The notes: generated from the sequence alone by a model not told the origin. Positions 31,757-42,898 are shown, numbered from the stretch's first letter. The stretch: 64,000 bases of DNA from an uncultured bacterium (GCA_963705505.1 CAVPJU010000005.1:10472-74471); one strand, 5' to 3'. Numbers and translations are program-made.

Positions 31757-32040
31757 AAGGTAAACCCCCACCCGAACTATTTTGGTTAAGGAAGCATTTA
31801 GCCTGAAGTTAAGTGGCTTTGTTGCTTTTGTTGGGAAAGCGTCCTACTGCTCGCTTACTCGCAGCAGTTCCCCTTAAGAAAAGGGGGAGGGAAATTTATA
31901 TGCGGCGCTTGCCCGCCGCCAATTCTGTGATGTCGGGAATGGAAAGGCAAAAGATAGATTTCTCGAGTGCGCTCGAAATGACAGATAAAAAACGAGGGCT
32001 GTATAAATTCTCCCTGGCCCTCCTTTTCCTAAGGAAGGGA
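31757..32040 (+). repeat. Mosaic repeat block (short modules)
   Basis: Unit-filled palindrome 31780-31868 and terminal GCCAATTCTGTGATGTCGGG motif. Confidence 0.8.
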
Positions 32041-32086
32041 TTGAAAAAGATCGCGGCAGGATGCCACCCATACCGATTTATTTGAA

Positions 32087-33283
32087 TTAAAGTTTAAAAC
32101 GGAGAATCGCGCCCGCGCCGTGGACGGGTTTCTTGTAGGGCTCGTCCTGGATTATCTCGACCTCGGCGCCCTGGTTGAACGCTTCCTCGATCGCGCGGTC
32201 CACAAGATCGGTCACGGGTATGGGCTCGCCGCCGCCGTTACATTTTTCACTCCCGTCCGTGAGGTAAACGCCCGAATCGGGGCATACGAATCCCGGCTGA
32301 CTGAAACCTTCTTCGACGAGGAGCACCCTCACCTGGCCGTTCCTGAGCGCGTCGAGTGTGGACTTGAGCCCGTCAACGGCGTAGCCCACGGCGAGCTTGT
32401 CCGCGAATTCCTGAAGCAGCATCTTCTGCCTTTCGGCTCTGGTTCTTTCGATTATGTCGAGAGAAGCTTCCGTGACGAGAGAAGGTTTCACGCGCTCGAG
32501 GTCGATGGTTACGGTCCCCGCCAGCTTCTCCCTGATGGCGGTCGGGAGGTGGTGCGAGAATTCCGTTATGTTCTCTTCCGTCCCGCCGAGGACGAGCCAG
32601 TGAACATTCTCACTACGGCAGTAGTCCTTGAGCTTCTGAGTGATGTATTTGAAGTGCTGATGTATCTCGTTCTCTATCATCCTGTTGAAATTGAACTCGC
32701 CGAAGCCCTGGGAGAAATTCCTAGAGCCGGCCAGTGATGTCCCTTTCTTGTTGTACTTTCCCTGGGGGTTATGGAACTTCGTCGAGCGCTCCGCCGCAGG
32801 GTAGAAGTAATCGAGTACTTCCGTGGCGCCGTCGAGGCCTATGCTGAATATGCGCGCCTTTTTCCGGTCGATGAGCACGGTGACGATTCCCTTGTTCTCG
32901 TCGTCCATCTTGAAGAGCTGGCCCATTACGGGGGAGCGGTCTATCAGTAGCTGGTTCCGGGAGAGGGAGGGGAGCTTGAGTGTCTCCCAGAGCCCGCCGC
33001 CGGAGCATGAGAAAATTGCTATGCCCCTGCATTCGGTGAGGCCGTTCGAGCTATCTACGAAGCTCTGAATCTTCGCGAGGTCCGCTTCGACCGATTCGAG
33101 GGCGTCCTTCGATAACCCCCTTTTTCCTATTTCGTCCCTGAGCCCTTTGGCGAGGTTCTTGAGCGTAATCTTGTAGCCGAAGTTTTCCCTTTCTTTCGGG
33201 CCGAGCTTGAGATAGAGCGTCGTGACGGGATGTTTGTCGTTAGAATATCCGCTCAGCTTATTGACCGATTCTTCGAAACCCAT
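32087..33283 (-). CDS. Bacterial archaeo-eukaryotic release factor (baeRF / eRF1-like) protein
   Basis: GIAIFS, DRKKARIF, AL..GQV..LLV, C-terminal GAILRF. Confidence 0.85.
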   Translation of the reverse strand: MGFEESVNKLSGYSNDKHPVTTLYLKLGPKERENFGYKITLKNLAKGLRDEIGKRGLSKDALESVEADLAKIQSFVDSSNGLTECRGIAIFSCSGGGLWETLKLPSLSRNQLLIDRSPVMGQLFKMDDENKGIVTVLIDRKKARIFSIGLDGATEVLDYFYPAAERSTKFHNPQGKYNKKGTSLAGSRNFSQGFGEFNFNRMIENEIHQHFKYITQKLKDYCRSENVHWLVLGGTEENITEFSHHLPTAIREKLAGTVTIDLERVKPSLVTEASLDIIERTRAERQKMLLQEFADKLAVGYAVDGLKSTLDALRNGQVRVLLVEEGFSQPGFVCPDSGVYLTDGSEKCNGGGEPIPVTDLVDRAIEEAFNQGAEVEIIQDEPYKKPVHGAGAILRFKL

Positions 33284-34038
33284 TTCTTACTCCTGTGATG
33301 ATTGAATTTTACCGGCTGAGGCAGCGCGGCCCCCCTGCCGTTTTTTTAGAGTATAAGAGCATACCAGAAAGCGGGGCGATTTCGAGGGGCTAAATTTCGC
33401 GACAGGTCGGGGTAGGGTGGGTGGGATGCACGATGCAGGATAAAAATGAGACTCTGGAACAAAGTACATGGTGATGGGCTTAAAAAAATGATATTGCCGA
33501 CGTTACTCCGCGGTCTCGCAATGGCAGCGATATACCCTAATCCTGTCCCGGACTATAAATAAATTTCTGTTATCAGCGGATTAGATATACAAATTTAAAG
33601 CGGTTTCATTTTCTTGAGCCGGAGAAGTAATGCGGTACGTGAATTAAAGGGAACTAAATGAAATTGATATGCTAAACATCATAGTTCATGTATTACTTTA
33701 GCACTATATTTGAAGGCAGGACGGATTATTAACGTCCAGCCGATCGCCATATACATAATTTTGGAGGTATGGGCAACCCTAATATATACGCCCGGTCGGA
33801 CGAGCCTTGGATTTCTGCTATAACCAAATAATACATTAAAACAGATATGTGTCAATTAATATATATTAATTCTGAGCATCAGTGAATACACGAAAATCGT
33901 ACGCAGAGCGAATAAACCGGGGAATCCGGGAGGTCTGAAAGGAGGTGAGGGTGGATTTTGAATGAAATTTCCCGCTTCTATCGTCGGGATCGGCGGTTAT
34001 ACTTTTTCCTCATCCGGGCCCGAAAAGGAGCTTATCCA

Positions 34039-34674
34039 ATGGGAGCAAAAGTGAGCGCATCCGCAATGTTGCTGATTCTGGGGTCATTGTTACTGGCGCT
34101 ATCGGGGCCGGGGGAGGCGCGTGCGTCGGAACCCGCTATAAACAAGCCCGCCCCCGAGTTCACGTTTACGGACATTGAAGGGACTTCGGCGAAGCTCTCC
34201 GATTTCAAGGGGAAGTTCGTGGTGCTGGAGTGGTTCAACCACGGATGCCCGTTCACGGAGAAGCACTATAAGAGCGACAAGATGCAGGACCTCCAGAGGA
34301 AGTACACGGAGGAGGGGGTAGTGTGGATCTCGATAAACTCGACCAGCGACGGTCACGCCAACTACAGGGACGCCGCGATGTCGAGGAAGGAGGCGGAGGC
34401 GTACGGAGCGTCCTCAACGTACATCGTGCTCGATCCGTCGGGGGAGATCGGGAAGCTCTACGGGGCCAAGACCACGCCCGATATTTTTATCATAAACCCC
34501 GAGGGGAAGCTCGTCTACATGGGAGCAGCCGACAGCATCGCTTCGACGGAAGTGGAGGATATACCTAAGGCGACAAACTACATCGACCTCGCCCTCACAG
34601 AAGCGCTCGCGGGGAAGCCGGTCAGTATGCCGGAGACGAAGCCCTACGGGTGCAGCGTGAAGTATAAGGAGTGA
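34039..34674 (+). CDS. AhpC/TSA redoxin-family protein
   Basis: APEFT, WFNHGCPF, YGAKTTP, YGCSVKY. Confidence 0.9.
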   Translation: MGAKVSASAMLLILGSLLLALSGPGEARASEPAINKPAPEFTFTDIEGTSAKLSDFKGKFVVLEWFNHGCPFTEKHYKSDKMQDLQRKYTEEGVVWISINSTSDGHANYRDAAMSRKEAEAYGASSTYIVLDPSGEIGKLYGAKTTPDIFIINPEGKLVYMGAADSIASTEVEDIPKATNYIDLALTEALAGKPVSMPETKPYGCSVKYKE

Positions 34675-34759
34675 GGGAGGAATTGCGTTACAGCAATTAT
34701 GGAAATGCGGTGTAAGTTAGTGCGTGCAAAGTTTCAGCAGCCCACATTCGGCGGATTAT

Positions 34760-35262
34760 CGTTTTTTTCTTTTTCTTGAACAAGAAGCAAAAATCACACA
34801 CGTAGTGTGGTCTTTCGAAAAGACAGCACAGAATGAGGCTAAAAACACTATTAACGACTAAAATCTTTTAATTCCGCCCCAATTAGTATTAAGGCTTAGC
34901 GAAGCAAGACTCAATGACATAATTGCATTTAGCGAATGGCGTCCGATTCCTTGCTTGCTCGGAATCGTCCCCTAAAAGATTTTTACGTCTCGATAATCTA
35001 TTTTCTTAACGCCAATTCTGTGAATGTCGGGGAATAGACAAGGCGAGATTCCCGTTCGTGGCCGGGAATGACAGGCATGTTAAGGTACCCCTTCACCTTC
35101 ATCCTGATTTGGTTTAGGCAACGTTGAGACGGAAGCTAAGGAACTCCTGCGCTTTTTTGGAAAAGCGTCCGATTGCTTACCCGTGCGTAATGGTTCCACG
35201 CCGGGGAGAGGAAAATTCACGGAAAAGACAAAGGTGAGATCCTGAATAAATTTCAGGATGAC
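34760..35262 (+). repeat. Intergenic mosaic repeat block
   Basis: Core ~34822-35031; unit-filled palindrome 35107-35194. Confidence 0.9.
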
Positions 35263-35376
35263 GGAAACGAATAAGACCTTTGAAAATGGTTAGCCACGGA
35301 GAATAATTTGTGTAAAATAAACTGTACTATCCCGAACGGACGAACGAGAGGGCTCATCCGGGCAGGCGCAGGGTTT

Positions 35377-35835
35377 ATGAGGAAAATGGACGCTACGGAA
35401 TATTTCGACAGGCACATTAAAGAGCATACGGCGAACGGCAACATCCATCCCGGCGATAACTGGTACGAGCAGGATTTCCATGAGGGCAGGGATATTATCA
35501 CGGGTTTTTCGGACCTCGACTGGCACGCGCTGAAAAAGATGTTCGGGAGCAGGACGCACATCTGGCAGGAGGCATGCGTCTACGTGCTCGGGGAGTCGGA
35601 TGCGGAGGGTTCGGCGAGGATGCTCGCCGACGTATTCATACGGGGGCAGGACAACATCTCGTGCTATTCGGCGGTGTTCCTTTCCGAGCGGAACCTGGAC
35701 ACGTTTCCCGAAGAAATGAAGCGTCAGATCAGGTTGAGGGCGCACGAGCTCTTCAAGGACGGCGCGTACAGGCAGTACGGGGAGCATTACCGTGTGTCCC
35801 TCGAGAAGATACGCGAGAAGCTGAGGCCGGTGTAG
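35377..35835 (+). CDS. Hypothetical protein
   Basis: ORF with host-like codon usage between repeat blocks. Confidence 0.6.
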   Translation: MRKMDATEYFDRHIKEHTANGNIHPGDNWYEQDFHEGRDIITGFSDLDWHALKKMFGSRTHIWQEACVYVLGESDAEGSARMLADVFIRGQDNISCYSAVFLSERNLDTFPEEMKRQIRLRAHELFKDGAYRQYGEHYRVSLEKIREKLRPV

Positions 35836-36004
35836 CCGGACTCCCGCCGGAATTTCTATAAAACTTTTATTCCCCGAGACACAATCAGAGAATAACATTG
35901 AGGTGAGAGCTGATTAATTTGCAATTCGGCAATTAGCCGGGGTACATCGACTGCGGGATTGCTTGCGGCTGTTGTTCAGCAAGACAAATCTTAAATACAA
36001 AAAA

Positions 36005-36390
36005 GTGGATTCCCGATAGAGACATTCGGGAATGACAGAAAAATTAAGGTAATCCCCCCACCCAAACTATTTTGGCTCAGGCATTGTTGAGCCGGAGATA
36101 AGCACCTTCGTTGCCTTTGTTGTAAGTGTGACCTACTTATTTTGGCTTCAATAGAGTATCCCAAGAACATTAGCATTTCAGTATTCAACCAGAGGCGACC
36201 GGATTCTCGCTTATTCGAATCCGTTGCTTGCTCGAAGCAGTTCCCCTTAATAAGGGGAGGGAAATTAAAGGAATGGATTCCCGGCTCGTCAGGGCGTCGC
36301 CGTGGCAAGCCCGGTCGTGGTCGGGAATGACGTCTTTCGACACGCTCAGGACGAACGGACAAGAAATTGAATCCTCTCTGACCCTCTTTA
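36005..36390 (+). repeat. Mosaic repeat block with double-nested unit in a palindrome
   Basis: Outer unit 36070-36241, inner unit 36140-36224. Confidence 0.8.
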
Positions 36391-36825
36391 TCGCACTCGG
36401 ATGATGGCGGATTCAGGACAGCTGAAAAAAAGAGTGGTATACGAGGAGGGTATTGGGTACTATTTTATCCGGAAAATTAAATTTCCTCGCAAACCGCGTT
36501 AAACAAACCGAATAAGGAAGATTTCCTACATTCCTATCCCGGGTCCGTTCCCTCCACCTACCGCCATCTTGGATACCGGGATAGAATGTAGGACGATCTC
36601 TCCCTGTCTTAAATAATCAGGACGCTCCCCAGTTATTGCACACTCAATACAAATTTGGATCGAATCGATGACAAATTTCGTATATATATATTCATTGCGG
36701 GGAATATTCAGGAGACAAAAAGTGTTATATTATATGAAGAGTAGGTAAATCGTGATTTCGACAAGAATGATTTTTGCCGCAGGCAAATAAAAAAAGGGTA
36801 TGGGCAACCCTAATTGCGGCATTAG

Positions 36826-36862
36826 AGTGCTGCCGGGCTTAAAGCTCTGGCAGCACTTTTTT
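36826..36862 (+). terminator. Intrinsic terminator with no upstream ORF
   Basis: AGTGCTGCC..GGCAGCACT-TTTTT. Confidence 0.7.
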
Positions 36863-37089
36863 ATTCCTTCCCTAAAATAGAGCGGGCCCGGGTTTATAGC
36901 CTCTTTACGATAAAATAATGTAGTGATCGGTGGGAGTTGCTCAACTTCTACCCTGCTCGATATCCTCTACTTTCACTTATTTCCAACGAAGCGTATTTTC
37001 TCCAGTATAGTATTACTGGACAGAACATCATTCAGTTTTATAATAACTAGGCTTGGTCTGACATGCTTGACAAGACTAGGAGGGGATAT

Positions 37090-37413
37090 ATGAAATATCT
37101 TGTTATGGGGACCGAGGGTCCCGGGTATTTTTCGCCCGAGGAAGAAGTCGAGGTCCTCGAAAGTGTTGTGATTCCGGCTTTCGACGAGCTCAAAGAGCTT
37201 GAGGACGAAGGGACGATCGTAGGGGGTCTTCCGGTTGGTGACCGAGCCTTCGTGTTCGTCGCGGAGGCCGATTCACACGACGATCTCGATCGGATGCTCA
37301 GGTCTCTCCCTGTATGGGGAGTGCTGGAGTGGGAAGTTACTCCGCTTCAGGATTTCGAAGCGAGGGCGAGACAGGAGCGGGGAATACTCAAGAGTTTAAA
37401 AGCAGAAGGCTGA
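37090..37413 (+). CDS. Muconolactone delta-isomerase-like small protein
   Basis: EADSHDDLDRMLRSLP.W..EVTPL. Confidence 0.65.
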   Translation: MKYLVMGTEGPGYFSPEEEVEVLESVVIPAFDELKELEDEGTIVGGLPVGDRAFVFVAEADSHDDLDRMLRSLPVWGVLEWEVTPLQDFEARARQERGILKSLKAEG

Positions 37414-37733
37414 TATTCAAATTAGTTTGTCATACAATCTCGACCAGTACTGATCAGTAATTATTACAGCGGCGCGCGACATACATCTCGAACTGAACCT
37501 CATAAAGGCAAGTTAACTCACACAGCGGACACGACGAACTCTCCGGAAAGACACTATCTGCCGTTCTCTATTTGTTTGTTTTGACAAGCTTGATTTCATG
37601 CCTCTGATACCGGAGTCCATGACTCCCGGTATCCGGACTAGAAAGCGTATCTCGGATTAGTGCCCATAATCCGTGCGGGGGATGTTTTCGCGTTTTAAAT
37701 GCCTGTCATGTCGTGACAGGGCTCTTCGGCGAT

Positions 37734-37931
37734 TCAGGTGGACTTTTTGCTGTTTTCTATGAAGCGCTTCCAGTGATGGGGCAGCTCGTCTTCATCGAGA
37801 TGCGCCCCGTCCGAGCAGTGCACACACGCCCCGCATTCGGCACATTCCTCGAGGCCGATCATGCATTCTTCGGTGCAGTGAAGCTGCTCCTTATCTCCGG
37901 ATGCTCCGGGGTCTTCTTTTTTCTCGCCCAT
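37734..37931 (-). CDS. Small Cys/His-rich hypothetical protein
   Basis: C-x3-C..CAECGACVHC. Confidence 0.5.
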   Translation of the reverse strand: MGEKKEDPGASGDKEQLHCTEECMIGLEECAECGACVHCSDGAHLDEDELPHHWKRFIENSKKST

Positions 37932-38049
37932 GATCGTTTACAGTGATAGATTAGCACATTCCGGGGCGCTTGTCTTAATTCCGCTATTGCATATATGTAA
38001 ATATAGTTCATGAAAAAAAATCATGGATATAAAAATAAAACACAGAAAT

Positions 38050-38375
38050 ATTAAGGTACACCCCCACCTGAACCCTCCCCCATCGAGGGGGAGGGAAATA
38101 AATCTGGAAGGCATGATTGCTACGGTTGCATTAACTTTCGCTGGCTCTGCTCGCAATGCTGGATAAAAGAATGGATTCCCGATAAAGTTCTTCGGGAATG
38201 ACAAGAAAGACAAATCCTCCCTAACCCTCCTTTTTCTAAGGAGGGAATTAAAGCAAAAGATGAGATTCCCGCGGTCGGCTACAACGCCCCCTCGCAATAA
38301 CTGATCTATCACCCCCTATCCTTCACCTTCCCCCTTGTTAAGGGGAAGGAAATAAAAAAAAGCTCAGGACGAACG
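38050..38375 (+). repeat. Mosaic repeat block (short modules)
   Basis: Several CCCTCCCC/GGGGAGGG, GATTCCC..GGGAATGAC and GAGATT..CTCGCAAT palindromes. Confidence 0.75.
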
Positions 38376-38459
38376 GGATGGGTTTCAAATATTGGCCGGT
38401 GCCGAGGAGTGATCGGGAGATCGTAGAAACACACTACGTGTGTGAGTTCACAATGCGTG

Positions 38460-39890
38460 CTAGGCGCCGGTGATTTTTTCGACGAGGGATTTGCGCTCTT
38501 CTATGTCGTATCTGCGCATGACCTCGAGGCGCGTGGCTTCGGGGGAGCCGCCGCCGGATATGCTTATTACCGAGTACCATCCGCCCTGATAAGACGCCGT
38601 GATGTCCTCCAGCAGCCTCGCGATCGAAACCCTGTAGTCGGCGGGGATGTCTTCCCTGCCCTGGAGGTAACGCGTGAGCCTTTCGCCCACAGCCGGGGAT
38701 TCCATGTCCTCGGGGTAGGGGGACGAGACGAGTATACCGCCCGCGGTGTCGTGGACGATCCTGAACATATCGTATATGTGGACGCCCTGGAGGAGCTTCC
38801 CGATGTTGGAGTAAACGGCGTCGGGGATGAAGCTGCCCGCGCGGGTTTCCTTTCCGAAAACTGCGGACGTGACGCCGCACGCGTAGGAAGATTCCACGTA
38901 CTTTATGAGGTCCGAAATCTTGTCCCTGATGTGTCCTGTTTTTTGCGGGTCGAGACCGTTCGCCTCGGCGAGAGAAACGGATGCGCCGATGAGCATGTCG
39001 CCCAGGCCCGCCCTCGCTCCGATGCAGGAGAGCCTGTGATGCGTGGCGAAGCTCTCGGTGAGAGACCCTGCCAGCTCCCATTCGCCCGCGAGGAAGACCC
39101 TGTCCCAGGGGATGAAGACGTTATCGAAAAGTATCTGCGCCGTCGCCTGGCCGTAGCGGGAAGTGAGCGGCGCGCCCGTCTCCCCGGGCCTTCCGGCCTG
39201 GCGCGAGACGAGCTCGACTCCCGCCGTATCTATGGGGATTGCGAACGATACCGCGTAGTCTTCGTCCTCCGCCGTCATGCTGCGTGTGGGCAGTACTATT
39301 ATTTCGTGCGTGTACGGGGCGCCCGTGACTATTGCCTTGATGCCGCGGACGACAATGCCGCGGTCGTTCCTGTCGACTATGCGGAGGTAGAGGTCGGGGT
39401 CGTGCTGCTCGTGCGGTCGCTTCGAGCGGTCGCCCTTGGCGTCCGTCATGGCGACGCACGTGGTGAGGTCCGCGTCCTGCAAGTATTCGAGGTATGTGAG
39501 GAATTTTACGTGATAGTCCGTGCCGAACTGGAGGTCCAGGTTGTGAGTCGTTTCGTAGAGCGCGTTGAGCGCGTCGTGGCAGAGGTAGCGCTGGGCGCAC
39601 CCTGTCTCGCGGCATAGGAGCCGCACCATCTCGAGCTTCTTTAATAAGTCATTCTGGTTCGTGTTTATGTGGAGGAGGCGGTTTATCTTTCTGCCCGTGA
39701 CGTGGGATACGGCCGTCATGGTCTCCGAGTATTCGGGCAGTAGCGCGAGCTCGTAAGTGACCGAGACCGCGTTTATGCCGGGCTTGAGCAGGGGCTCATC
39801 GGGTACGTTTTTCAGCCGTTTGCCCTTAATGTAAACGACGGGGTTGAGCTCTCTCAGGCTTTCGACGTATTCTTCGGGGGTCTTGAGCAC
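38460..39890 (-). CDS. 4-hydroxybutyryl-CoA dehydratase / 4-HPA 3-hydroxylase family flavoprotein
   Basis: MTDAKGDRSKRP.EQ.DPDLYL, GIVVRG.K, DYAVSFAIP, FDNVFIPW.RVF, GGGSP. Confidence 0.88.
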   Translation of the reverse strand: MLKTPEEYVESLRELNPVVYIKGKRLKNVPDEPLLKPGINAVSVTYELALLPEYSETMTAVSHVTGRKINRLLHINTNQNDLLKKLEMVRLLCRETGCAQRYLCHDALNALYETTHNLDLQFGTDYHVKFLTYLEYLQDADLTTCVAMTDAKGDRSKRPHEQHDPDLYLRIVDRNDRGIVVRGIKAIVTGAPYTHEIIVLPTRSMTAEDEDYAVSFAIPIDTAGVELVSRQAGRPGETGAPLTSRYGQATAQILFDNVFIPWDRVFLAGEWELAGSLTESFATHHRLSCIGARAGLGDMLIGASVSLAEANGLDPQKTGHIRDKISDLIKYVESSYACGVTSAVFGKETRAGSFIPDAVYSNIGKLLQGVHIYDMFRIVHDTAGGILVSSPYPEDMESPAVGERLTRYLQGREDIPADYRVSIARLLEDITASYQGGWYSVISISGGGSPEATRLEVMRRYDIEERKSLVEKITGA

Positions 39891-40009
39891 GGGCGTTTCT
39901 CCCTCGGTTTATAAAGGCACAAAACGTGATGTGCGCCTAATTAGAGATAGTCTCATAAAGGCGGGGCTGTGTCAATCCGGGGGGGAGGGCCGGATTTACC
40001 TGCCGGGTA

Positions 40010-40865
40010 AAGGCGAAGGTAATTTCTTCGTTGTCTTTCCTGAAATGAATTCAGGACAGGGATGCAAAGAAGCAAAAATCACACACGTAGTGTGTTTCAT
40101 GAAAAGACAGCACAGAATTTGGCTAAAAATATCTTATTCAGGCTAAAATCTTTCAATTCCTCCCTAATTAGCATCGTGGCTTACAATGAAGTAAGAGTAA
40201 TGACGTTATTGCATTTAGGAAAGGGCGTCCGATTCATTTTGTTTTCTGCCGCTGCTGAACCAAACATTTGCATTGATGCACTCAGCGTAGGGCGTCCGGT
40301 TGTTCGGTTTTTGATTTTTTTACTTGGTGCCCAATACATTTGCTTTATTGAAATCTACCACTGGCGTCCAGTTCTTACGCTTGCTCAGAACGTCGCTCAC
40401 AACCGTTACTTGCTCGGAATCGTCCCCTGAAACATTTTTTTCGTGCGTTAACATCCGATTTCTTAACGCCAATTCTGTGAATGTCGGGAAGAAAAAGGCG
40501 AAAGACGAGATTGCCGCGGTTGCTTTGCAACCTCGCAATGACAGATGAGAAACGAGATCCAGAATAGATCCCGGATTTTTTGGATTGATAGACGAATGAC
40601 CGTGGAACAGGTTCGCTGTCACATTTAGCCAAAGGCGCCCCATTCCTCGCTCATCCGAAATTGTAGTCCGGGACATAGTTCAGGATGACTGTAAATGGAT
40701 TCCCGATCGTAGTCGGGAATGACAGGAATTTTAAGGTACTCCCTCACCTTAATTTGGATTAAGGAACAATTAGCCGGAGGTCCAGTAGCTTAAGTGCGGT
40801 TACGGTAAGATGTCCTATTTCTCCTATTTGTCGAAATAGTTCCCTCCCTCGTGGGGGAGAGGAAA
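40010..40865 (+). repeat. Intergenic mosaic repeat block with triple-nested unit
   Basis: Core ~40105-40488; unit-filled palindrome 40751-40840. Confidence 0.9.
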
Positions 40866-40889
40866 TCAAACAAGGAAAGGAATTAATAA

Positions 40890-41318
40890 TCACAAGCGCG
40901 GGCGTTCGCTCTCGATTATTTCGGCGACGTCCGACATTTCCTTCCCGAGGAGAAAGATGACGTCGTCGAGCGTTATTATGCCCTTGATCGCGCCGTGATT
41001 GTCCACGATCGGAAAGCGCCTCACGCTGCTGCCGCTCTCCTTTATCTGCTCGAGGGCTTCGTATAAGCCCGTCCCCTGGTTAAGGGTTACAAGCTCGAGG
41101 GACATTATATCGGCTACCAAACATTTCGCCGGGTCAAGACCCTTGTTGACTACCCGTATCACGACGTCCCTGTCTGTGACGATGCCGACCGGCCTGTCGT
41201 TCTGAATGACGACTACGCTCCCTACGTTCTTTTCTTCCATAAGCTGTGTCGCTTCTATTACTTTTGTTTTGATGTCTACACAGGCTATCTCTCTGCGGCA
41301 TAAAGTTTCAAGACTCAT
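40890..41318 (-). CDS. CBS-domain protein
   Basis: GSVVV..PVGIVTDRD, RRFPIV..GIITLDD; AAGGAGG RBS. Confidence 0.92.
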   Translation of the reverse strand: MSLETLCRREIACVDIKTKVIEATQLMEEKNVGSVVVIQNDRPVGIVTDRDVVIRVVNKGLDPAKCLVADIMSLELVTLNQGTGLYEALEQIKESGSSVRRFPIVDNHGAIKGIITLDDVIFLLGKEMSDVAEIIESERPRL

Positions 41319-41572
41319 GTGAATGTCCCTCCTTCTTATATTTTAACACGCGGCTGCGCGCCGGTCTCGTATTATTGTGCAATGTGTGTGCCGCGGGCGA
41401 GGGAATTCCATAACCTGCTGTGGAGAAAGGAATATTCCGCTTTCTTCATGCTCATACCCCGTAATGTGTCAGCTTTCGAGTGTCAGTATTCAGGACATAC
41501 GACGAAGGATGCGGCGGGGGAGGGGCACAAATAGGGTTATGCATCGGGGGAAAACTCGGTCAAACTATTAAC

Positions 41573-42082
41573 GTGACGGTCAGGGTAAGGCGGGAGAAGC
41601 CTGTGGATATATGGGATATATATAATATCAACCTCCTCGCGTTCGGCAGGGCGGACGAGGGGAGGCTAGTCGACAGGCTGAGAGGGGAGGCTAGTCCCTT
41701 CATATCGCTCGTCGCCGAGGACGGGGACAGAGCTGCCGTGGGACATATTCTATTCACTCCCGTCACAGTGGGGGACTCTCCGCTGAGGGCCGCAGGTCTC
41801 GGGCCGATGTCGGTGCTGCCGGAGCGTCAGGGGATGGGCACGGGGTCCGTGCTCATAAAGGAGGGGCTCGTAGCCTGCGCCGGAGAGGGGATAGAGGCCG
41901 TGTTCGTCCTGGGGCACCCGGAGTACTACTCGAAGTTCGGGTTCCGGCACGCGTCCGGGAAGGGGATTTACTGGAAGAGCGAAGAGTTCGCCCCTTATTT
42001 CTTCGTCATCGAGCTTGCAGACGGGGCGCTCGACGGTGTAACCGGGGAGGCGAAGTATCACCCGGCATTCGATGAAGTGTGA
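41573..42082 (+). CDS. GNAT N-acetyltransferase (YhbS-like)
   Basis: VGHILF, LGPMSVLPERQGMGTGS, VLGHPEYYSKFGF; start codon inferred. Confidence 0.88.
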   Translation: MTVRVRREKPVDIWDIYNINLLAFGRADEGRLVDRLRGEASPFISLVAEDGDRAAVGHILFTPVTVGDSPLRAAGLGPMSVLPERQGMGTGSVLIKEGLVACAGEGIEAVFVLGHPEYYSKFGFRHASGKGIYWKSEEFAPYFFVIELADGALDGVTGEAKYHPAFDEV

Positions 42083-42139
42083 GGCGGGGAGATGGCGGGG
42101 CGGAGGAGTGGGGGTCGTTGAGCAGCGCACATTCGGCGG

Positions 42140-42832
42140 ATTATTTTTTTCTTTGTCCTGATAACAAAAAAAATCAGCACACACAGTGTGTGGATTATGA
42201 AAAAGACAAAGAAAGGCAAATATTATTTCTTCTTTTCCTTGATGAAAAGAAGCAAAAATCACACACGTAGTGTGTTTCATGAAAAGACAGCACAGAATTA
42301 GCTAAAAATATCTTATTAAGGCGAAAATCTTTCAATTCCGCCCCAATTAGTATCAAGGCTTAGCGAAGCAAGACTCATGACATAATTGCATTTAGCGAAT
42401 GGCGTCCGATTGTTTTGGCTTGAGTAGATTATCCGAAGAACATCAGCATAGTGCATTCAGCTAAAGTCGTCCGATTGTGCGGTTTTTGATTTTTTTACTT
42501 GGTGCCCAATACATTTGCTTTATTGAAATCTACCACTGGCGTCCAGTTCTTACGCTTGCTCAGAACTGTTGCTTACAATCGTTACTTGCTCGGAATCGTC
42601 CCATGAAAGATTTATTGACGCCTTAATAATCTATTTTCTTAACGCCAATTCTGTGAATGTCGGGGGAGAAAAAGGCGTTCGGGAATGGCAGGAATATTGA
42701 GGTAAACCCCCACCAGACTATTTTGGTTTAGGAAACGTTTAGCCTGAAGTGAAGTGGCTATGTTGCTATTGTTGGGAAAACGTCCTGACTGCTCGCTTGC
42801 TCGCAGCATGCCCTTAAGAAAAGGGGAGGGAA
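42140..42832 (+). repeat. Intergenic mosaic repeat block with triple-nested unit
   Basis: Core ~42286-42665 with an alternative middle unit; unit-filled palindrome 42721-42809. Confidence 0.9.
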
Positions 42833-42898
42833 ATTATTGAAAAATGTTTGATATGCGGGATCACCGCAGAAATCGTAGAATCGCGCTGTTTGCGTGTG

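Noticed and set aside
33769..33831. Short peptides starting MGNPN at the shared 18-nt motif (also 36800)
   Set aside because: RBS spacing is poor and the two peptides share nothing after the motif
38442..39617. Long antisense ORFs (also 22724-23395, 42848-43714, 57056-57865)
   Set aside because: Shadows of well-supported genes on the opposite strand in GC-rich coding DNA
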